DNA of 63,084 bases, the filler included, from Sphacelaria rigidula (Eukaryota), in the NCBI GenBank assembly GCA_964200075.2. It is 8 parts of 8 records of this genome, joined end to end, with 100 filler letters (N's around TTAATTAATTAA, not from the genome) between each part and the next. Parts side by side here need not be neighbours in the genome. Positions count along the whole stretch, not along the records: positions 55,288 to 63,084 come from CAXNAA020013430.1; 7 more parts are not named here. One strand, written 5' to 3'. The position numbers were made by a program, and so were the translations under genes. The notes beneath the pieces are model-generated. The model ran no database searches, had not been told where the DNA came from, and saw nothing but the letters and a program-made list of their open reading frames with translations. Shown here in pieces: positions 55,752 through 63,084 of the stretch. Each line of letters starts with the position of its first letter. Position 1 is the first letter of the stretch.

Positions 55752-57409
55752 CTGTATTGGCAAGACAACACAGGATGAGATACACAACAGCGAGTTAAGG
55801 TATTGCACGGGTGGGGAGGTGACAGTAAGAGGAAGGCGCGTTTGATCTATTTCCTGATTACCAAGTCGACGGTATGAGCAAAAGCTCACCATTAACGTAG
55901 ACTCGCAGGAGAAACAAATGTTTCATTAACGAGTTGTTCGTCCTGGTCGTAGCACGTTCCATTCCGCTTCAATGCGTGGGAGGACCGCGTGCTTTTTGGA
56001 CCGCATAGTAGTAAGATCGACGCTTTCCAAGATCAATCTGGCCAGTCCCTGCAGGGACCGCGCCCCTGACCCTAACACCAACACCATCCCTAACCTTAGA
56101 GGTGTTTAAACTCCAATGCGGTCCCTTGAGTACGCCATCCTCCCACGCATTACACCGCTACGTAGGAAAGCGCATGGATGATCGCAGGTGGGAGTATGAT
56201 CGCAGGTGGAAGTATGATCGATCGATACGGGAAAAGACGTCACAAGGTGTTGCTTGATCCCTTCAGCCCCAAGGTCCCTCGTTGGAACCTAAACGGGCGA
56301 CTTCCGGTGGGGTGTTCCACTGTTGTGTTTGGTGGGAAGGCAACGCTTGCAGGAAAAGGGTCGTCGGTACGAATACAATATCTCGTGCGCCATACACTGT
56401 TCTTAGTGCGCCAGCCACGATTGAAAAAGAGCTTCGCCATCTAAGGAGAATGAAATGAACCTGCTTGGGGTCGTACATGTATGTGGTAAACAAAAACATC
56501 TTAGCTATTTTCATTTGGCAGCTGAACCGCGAGGCGTATTTCGCTGGGGATGGACGGGCTTTAGTCGCGCGTGCGGGTATGAGTTTTAATATCCGTTTGT
56601 GATTGACATTTGCATAAGATTTACGCCACCACTACAGCGGACTGGGCCCCCACAGGTTGACACTTTGCTACATCTTGGGAATACCTTCCTCAAGGTAGAC
56701 ACCCTGTGGCGACCCTATGGCGATCTTCTGGCGAACCTGTACAAGGCACCGCCTCATGTACCCTGCCGCAAGAGCAATATGCCCACCTGTGCCCCTGAGG
56801 GTCGGCATCGAGTGGCAACGACGCTGTAAAAGCAAGCCACCAGATCCTAGACATGAAATAAACAGACTACCACCGCACTGACGTACCATAGACCGACAAT
56901 AGACTAAACGTTTCTCAGATCAGAAGATACACTAGACATGATATTACCGGAGGAGTCAATCTTATTTTTCACAGTACAACACAGGCGGAACAGACGAGAA
57001 ATAACGAAGCTAATGAATCACCTTTTTTTTTGCACTACCAGCACACAGCCCAGATATAGACATGAAATGTCGAAGCTAACCCTCTTTTCTTCGCACTAAG
57101 ATTTGTTTCCGTGAGATTGATAGTAGAGGATACGATTGAGAGTGAGAAGCAGTCAATTAGTAAATTAATAGTTTTAGTTCCGAGGACGAGGCCCGATACG
57201 CTTTCTGTGATAGCTTGCCACTGAAGCCCTTGATATCTCTGGGTACGATATCGATGTCTGTAGCTGTAAGCCAGTGTTACAGGCAAAGGAAAGCATGCCG
57301 ATGATGACAACTTGGTCAAGTTGAAGAGGATAATGAGGTCCACTCTAAATCAGCGATCAACTTTCCGTCTGACGAAAACATTGTTACTACCAAAACAGAG
57401 CTCGAAAAT

Positions 57410-57800
57410 AGACATGAATGGACGAAGCTAACCATCGTTTTTGCATATCCAGAACACAGACCAGGTATAGACATGAAACAACGAAGCTGGCCGTTACTTT
57501 CTTCGCAATTCCAGAGCACAGGCCGGGTATGGACATGCATGAAATAACCAAGCTAAGGCCCCTCTTTTCTTTATACTACCAGAACATAGACTGGACGTGG
57601 GCAGGAAATGAAGAAGCTAGCCACTCTTTACTCTGCACTACCAGAGCACAGCCTGGGCATAGATATGAAATGACGAAACTAACCACTTTTTTTGCACTAC
57701 GAGCAGAACACAGACCAGATACAAACATGAAACAACAGAGCAAACCATTTTTCTTTGCAATACCAGAACACAGGCTGGAAGTGGACATGAAATAACGGAA
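57410..57800. repeat. ~60-bp tandem repeat, about 6 degenerate units (GACATGAAA..ACGAAGCTAACC..TTT..GCA.TACCAGAACACAG.C..G.TAT); extra units at ~57000-57095
   Basis: Visible periodicity of ACATGAAA and CCAGA(A/G)CACAG. Confidence 0.8.
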
Positions 57801-58993
57801 ATGGTCATTTTCATCTCCCCGTACCAAACGAACAACAGTCGAGATTATCCCCCCCATATCGTACCAAAGGCGAGGGAGAAAGTAAAGGCCAGAACCCAGG
57901 CGTTTGAGGAATAGCGTGAAGATGTACCACATTACATGCAAAATCAACAATACAGACGCGTCGAATTTACACGAAGGTTAAGTGTCGTGGTGCGATACCT
58001 GGAAAACTGTACCGATTTCAATTTGACGGTAAAAATGTGGTCAGCCGTTCTCCTCGGATTCCCGACGTCAGGTGCACAGGCGTGAAATAATGGCAAGGGG
58101 TGGGTGATGTATGGCAAAACCGCCGAGACCCACTGCACTTATGAAACGAACACCTTGCTAATGACCGATCACATGGCCAAAACGAATGAGCACCAATCGG
58201 TACGTAAATAATTCGAAATCTTGAGGGGTGATGAAAGCTCAATGTGGGGGAATGGTTGGCGAAGCGTTTGGCAGCGGAGGTATACTTGCGAACATTGGTG
58301 GAGAAGTGACCCATGGTGAACCATACAAGGAATGGGAGGAAGTGATGATGCATGGGACATCCCGATGTATGAGGAAACCTTTGTGTTATGCAAGCAGTCC
58401 TTGAACCTTACACGGAGAAAATGACCATCCCCGAGGAATGCAACCAGTACCGCAACGGGGGAAAAAGTACAGGTACAATGGTGGGAGGCCTGGATGGTTT
58501 ACTATCTGATCCGGCACAAACGTGGGGTATTTGTGTCGAGGGTGTTGAACATGCCTTCAGGATACGCGCCCGTGTTGAAGATACTTTTTAGTGTCGGTGA
58601 GCCAGCAAAAGAATTGGAAGACACCAGGCCCCCAACACGTGGATTGTGATATCCCAGTACCTTGACAACATCCCACTTCAATACTCACAAACAAACAGGC
58701 CAGAGATACTCTTGAAAGAGATCGGGAGGGAGACGACGAGGAAGACTGGATGGAAATATATATAGTGGACGGGTAAAATGCAGGCAGTGCTGGTATTCAG
58801 AGAACCCAGCAGCGATATGACGAGAATAGAGGCCAAGGGAACATGCGAACAAGTATGGCTATACTGTGTGACAGTAGGAAAAATAAAGAGGGAGGGAGGA
58901 CATTTCCGGGTCACGCTGAAACAGAGAGCGAGCAAGGAGGAGGAGGAGGAGGGGATAGGGACAAGTAAAGTGTCGGCACGGGTTAGAAGGGTG

Positions 58994-61194
58994 CACACCC
59001 TGTACAATACAATATATTTTCAAAATATATTAGTCGATCATGTTGGAATTTTTCAATATATTGCCGGCGTAGTATATATTGATACCCTTGGGCTGCACAC
59101 GTATTGCGCGCCCAATGTATATTGATGTCGTGGGACTGCATACATATTGCTCGTCCAATATATATATATATATTGGCACTGTGGGGTTGAACACAGATTG
59201 ACCCATCAATATATATATATATATATATTGGGGCAGCGCGGGCGACAGCACGTTGCACGACCAATATATATTAGGGTCGCATTGGTGAGAACATATTGAC
59301 CGGTCAATATATATGGAATATTATAAGTATGGTGTACGCTTTAAGAAAGATCCAGACGCGCTGGATGCCGAAACCCGTGTAGATTGGGCAAAGCTTCAAA
59401 GGGAGCCGCAGAAGTTCGCGTGCATTACTCCGGGGAGTTGTCGAATGCATTTGACGTATATATATATATATATATACTGGTCAGAAAAAATGGTGATAGA
59501 AGAGGCGACCCGGTATATATGCCTCCTGATACCTATCTGGCCACCGGTGCGGGGCCGCCCATCCTCTTCCCAGCATGCTATTGATATTTCTCGGCTAAGC
59601 ATCACGATGACAGAAAACGCGGGTCGATATGCGCCTTTGGGTACCCCTGTGGTCACCGGAGCTGTGTTGCTTTTACCCTGGACAATACAATATGTTTCAA
59701 CAATATGATAGCACTACTTTGTATGGGAGCCAGCGCAAATATTGTCCTTTCAATGTATATTGTGTTGAGATGTCCCCAGAGACATTGAAGCAACAACATA
59801 TATTGCTCGTGTCATGATCATGAAGTAAGGTATGGTAATATATATTGAAAATACAGTGGCTGCGGGAATAAAACATTCGATATATATTGTGCATGCCGGC
59901 CGTGTGCGTATTGAAGTGTCAATATATATAATATTGAGTCGAGGCGATGCGTACCATATTGTTACCATAATATATATTAAACGCCAACCATGCAGAAGTA
60001 TTGTTTTTCCAACATATATTGCGCACGCTCATCGCAAAACTATTGTGCAGCCAAAATATATTGAACACGCTTGCGGAGGAATATTGAGCGTTTTCGGCAT
60101 GTGGCGATGCATCTTTCAATGGCGCCTGTGGACACAGAGGTGTCTACGATACTAATTCCGATACACTTTCTTGAAACAAACATATACCGCTACACCAATA
60201 TTTATCGTGACCATCGGTTCCCTCGTGTATTGTCCGCCCAATATATATTGGACGCATTGACCCACGGCATATTAGGGTGGCAATATATTGGCGCTTCGGA
60301 TGTCAAATATATTGAATCATCAATATATATTGACCTCGTGTGGCAGCCAGTATATTTCTCGACAAATATATTTTGGTGCCTTCTCGCACCAACATATCAC
60401 TCGGCCACCGATATATATATATTGAGTTGGTGCGTGTCATGAAATATTGTTCGATCGATACTGCCTTTGTCCCACAAGTCTGGTCGGTTATGGGCGTCTT
60501 TTTGTTTGGGTGGAACGGTGTTGACGATTACCCTATAGTTGGGTTTTATAGAAATATAAAACGCAGACGCAGCGAATGAAAGAAAAAACGTTCGTTTTCA
60601 ATACTAAAATTAGGTTAGAATATACCCCATTTTGGCCAAACACTCCGAAAGATGGGCGATAACGACTTCAGTGTGGAGCATACCGGGGTGAGGGTACGGC
60701 AGAGGGCGGGGACCATGGAGAGGGTGGTCAAATGCGATGCAGATGTCCTTAAAAGGGCTTGGGACTTCCTGGCTGAGGCCGAGGAGGGTTAAAAAAAAGT
60801 CAAGTTTCTCAACACTTTTTTGCCCCTGAGAAAGGGGCGAAATACGGCCATTTTTTGGCCGACTGATTTTTTTCGGCCGTTCGGCCGCATGGTTCAACAG
60901 CGTGCTGCAAAATAAATGTTGTTCTACCTCAAAAAAACGGCGAAGAAATGTGAAAAAAAAACATCGAAAATCAGATCGAAGAACGTTAAGGGCTCGTATA
61001 AACATAGCCGACCAGGCTTATGGGACAGAGGAAGTGTATATTGCATGTCGCGAGCTTTGGCATATTGATGACAATTATATATTGACCCTCTCTTGTACCA
61101 TCATACTGCTTGCACAGTATACATTGACCACCCAACGCGTCGACATATTGAGCGGGCCATATATATTGCATAATATTGTATTGTCGAGGGTGTG
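58994..61194. mobile_element. 2.2-kb non-autonomous TIR element filled with CAATAT(AT)nATTG palindromes, probable 8-bp TSD
   Basis: CACACCCTGTACAATACAATAT ... ATATTGTATTGTCGAGGGTGTG; flanks GAAGGGTG / GAAGGGCA; internal TIR copy at ~59675-59695; many CAATAT/ATATTG motifs. Confidence 0.75.
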
Positions 61195-62814
61195 GAAGGG
61201 CAGGATGGAGAATTTGTAGAGCCAATGGAAGAGTGAATCTAACACGTAGTCCTAGGATGAACGGAGGTCAGGGAAAACAGGAACAAGTAAAATCCCGGAA
61301 AGGAAACGGGAGGGCAAATAGAGGCTCCAAACAGACCAGCGTCAAACCGGAATCGGAGAGAAAAATCAATCAAAACAATAAGTAGAAAACGACAAAGAGA
61401 GAACGACAGACAAAAGAGAAGTTGACAGTGAATCGGAATAGAAGGTGAGGATAGGATCGTAGGACGTGCGTGGATTCGTCACGGAAGAATGCTGAAGAAT
61501 AGAGATGGCCGAACAAGTAAGTGCGCGTGTCCTAGGTAAGGTGTGAGAATCCAAGAGCCATGGGAGGAAGAAGGTGCAGATATAGGAATCAAAGTCGGGC
61601 AGTGAGCATGGATCCGGAAAGAAATAATGAGAGGGTCCGAAGCGCGAGAATAAAGGAGTGGGGAAAGTACGCCGTGTGGTCAAGGAATACCTGTGTGTGT
61701 ACAATAGTGATAAAGACACAAAATAGTATGTTACGAGGACTGCACAAGGATGCACAGTATCAACCACGTCACGGAAGGCACCCGTCAATCGCATCATAAT
61801 AGCAAATCACACTTTGCTTCGATAACAAACAAGGGGGAAAACAAATCGCCACATCTTGTCGAACATAATAGATGGTGGAACACGCCTATTGATATGTATT
61901 GCGAGGGACGATGGATGTTGCAAGCGTCGATCAACAGTCTATGGCAATTACAACAGATTGAGCTCCTCTCGGGTGTAGTTATCGATAGCCATTACCGTCA
62001 TCAATAGATTTGGTGAGCTGTTTATGGACAACCTTTGCCGTCATTAATAATAGATTTGGTGAACAATATTTCGATAGTCTTGGCCGCCAACACTCCATTT
62101 CTGGGGTATCTATCGATAGCATTTGCCGTCAACAAAGGGATGTCATAGAGAGCATCTATCGATAGCCAACGGCGACAAGAATAGGTTTTAGTACATATAT
62201 TGCTCACTGCATTGGTCTCACGGCATTGTCGGCAATAATCGTCACACGTGAACGTGCAACTGCCTGAGACGATAACTGCCCATAGCGTCTGTTGTAAAGA
62301 TTTAAAAGCATTCACCAACTAATGTGGATAACAAACTAGTGATTAACGCCATTCAGCTCCTATTGTTGCCTGCAATATATATATATATATATATATATAT
62401 TGGTGGCTGCGACTCAGATCGCGTTGTGACCAGCGACAGACATTGGTGGCCGCGATTCAGATTCGATTGTGACCAGCAATAAATATTGGTGAGTGCAATA
62501 TAAGATATTGCTTGTGTTGACATTTTATGACTTTTTTTGTCACGACTTAGTCTGCTATGTCGTTATGTTTGACCCCTCTTTTTTTTTCTGTTCCTGTTTT
62601 TTTTTTGTGTTCTCTCTCTTTTTTATAGAGCGTGTTTCAGTTTCGTTTGTATTGGGTACGTCTATCATGAGACCACGGCTGGACCCCCGGGGGGTCACTC
62701 AAAGTGCGACAATGAATCAATCAATCGATCAATTTAGGTCCTATGTTACGGATCACGGCATGGCGTGGTGGATGAAGACAGTACGATAATGGGCCGTCGG
62801 TTTCAAAACGACAC

Positions 62815-63084
62815 TAAGTGTAGCTATTCCCTCGTCCATCCTTCCTGCCTGGTTTCTGGCTACCCCTTTTATCCCTGCCCACATGTGTTTCATCCCGCCG
62901 TCGAAATCTTTGTTTGCTCTTTCCACTACACCTTCCCAAACTTCCTTCTTTTTCTTCTGTACCATCGCTTTTACTTTCTTCCGAACTTTGGTATACTCCT
63001 TCCATCCTACCGTACTTTTGTTCGACATCCTCCTCGCGTGGGCCGCTCTCCTTTCTCTGATTGCCTCTTTCACTTCCTCATCCC
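62815..63084 (-). mobile_element. Non-LTR retrotransposon (LINE) ORF2 fragment, linker between endonuclease and reverse transcriptase
   Basis: DEEVKEAIRERRAAH...WKEYTKVRKKVKAMVQKKKKEVWE...MWAGIK matches the basic W..E.K..I..RR / Y...R...K..V...K...W / W..IK pattern of LINE ORF2; truncated by the window end. Confidence 0.7.

Noticed and set aside
58986..61202. TG/CA difference in the TSD as evidence of CpG methylation
   Set aside because: A single site cannot distinguish methylation-driven decay from chance substitutions.

Overview
Eukaryotic genomic DNA. Short GC-rich exons, long repeat-filled GT-AG introns, poly-C/G tracts, a heterokont-type bipartite targeting peptide and a Zn2Cys6 factor suggest a stramenopile, probably a brown alga; this is inference. 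The window is not one locus. It is eight contigs of 7799, 7799, 7798, 7798, 7798, 7798, 7797 and 7797 bp, in descending length order, joined by 100-bp N44-TTAATTAATTAA-N44 spacers, so adjacency across a spacer means nothing biologically. Gene fragments I can support: four exons of the biotin-carboxylase domain of pyruvate carboxylase (contig 1); a 7-exon minus-strand EF-hand protein (contig 3); a head-to-head pair of first exons with plastid-like and mitochondrion-like presequences (contig 4); the last exon of a RECQ1-like helicase (contig 5); an Academ-like XPG/Cys-finger fragment and a possible decayed KDZ/Zisupton-like element (contig 6); a Zn(II)2Cys6 transcription factor with a divergent neighbour (contig 7); a sulfotransferase-like last exon and a LINE fragment (contig 8). 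The remainder is dense in non-autonomous DNA transposons (TA-, TTAA- and 8-bp-TSD types), fold-back hairpins and satellites. I found no CRISPR array, rRNA or tRNA, and no convincing new multi-gene system. The most unusual structures are a 41-bp palindromic array with higher-order periodicity behind a hAT-like terminus, and a TA-flanked element family whose internal hairpin keeps its pairing while its sequence diverges between copies. All calls were made by eye, without database searches.
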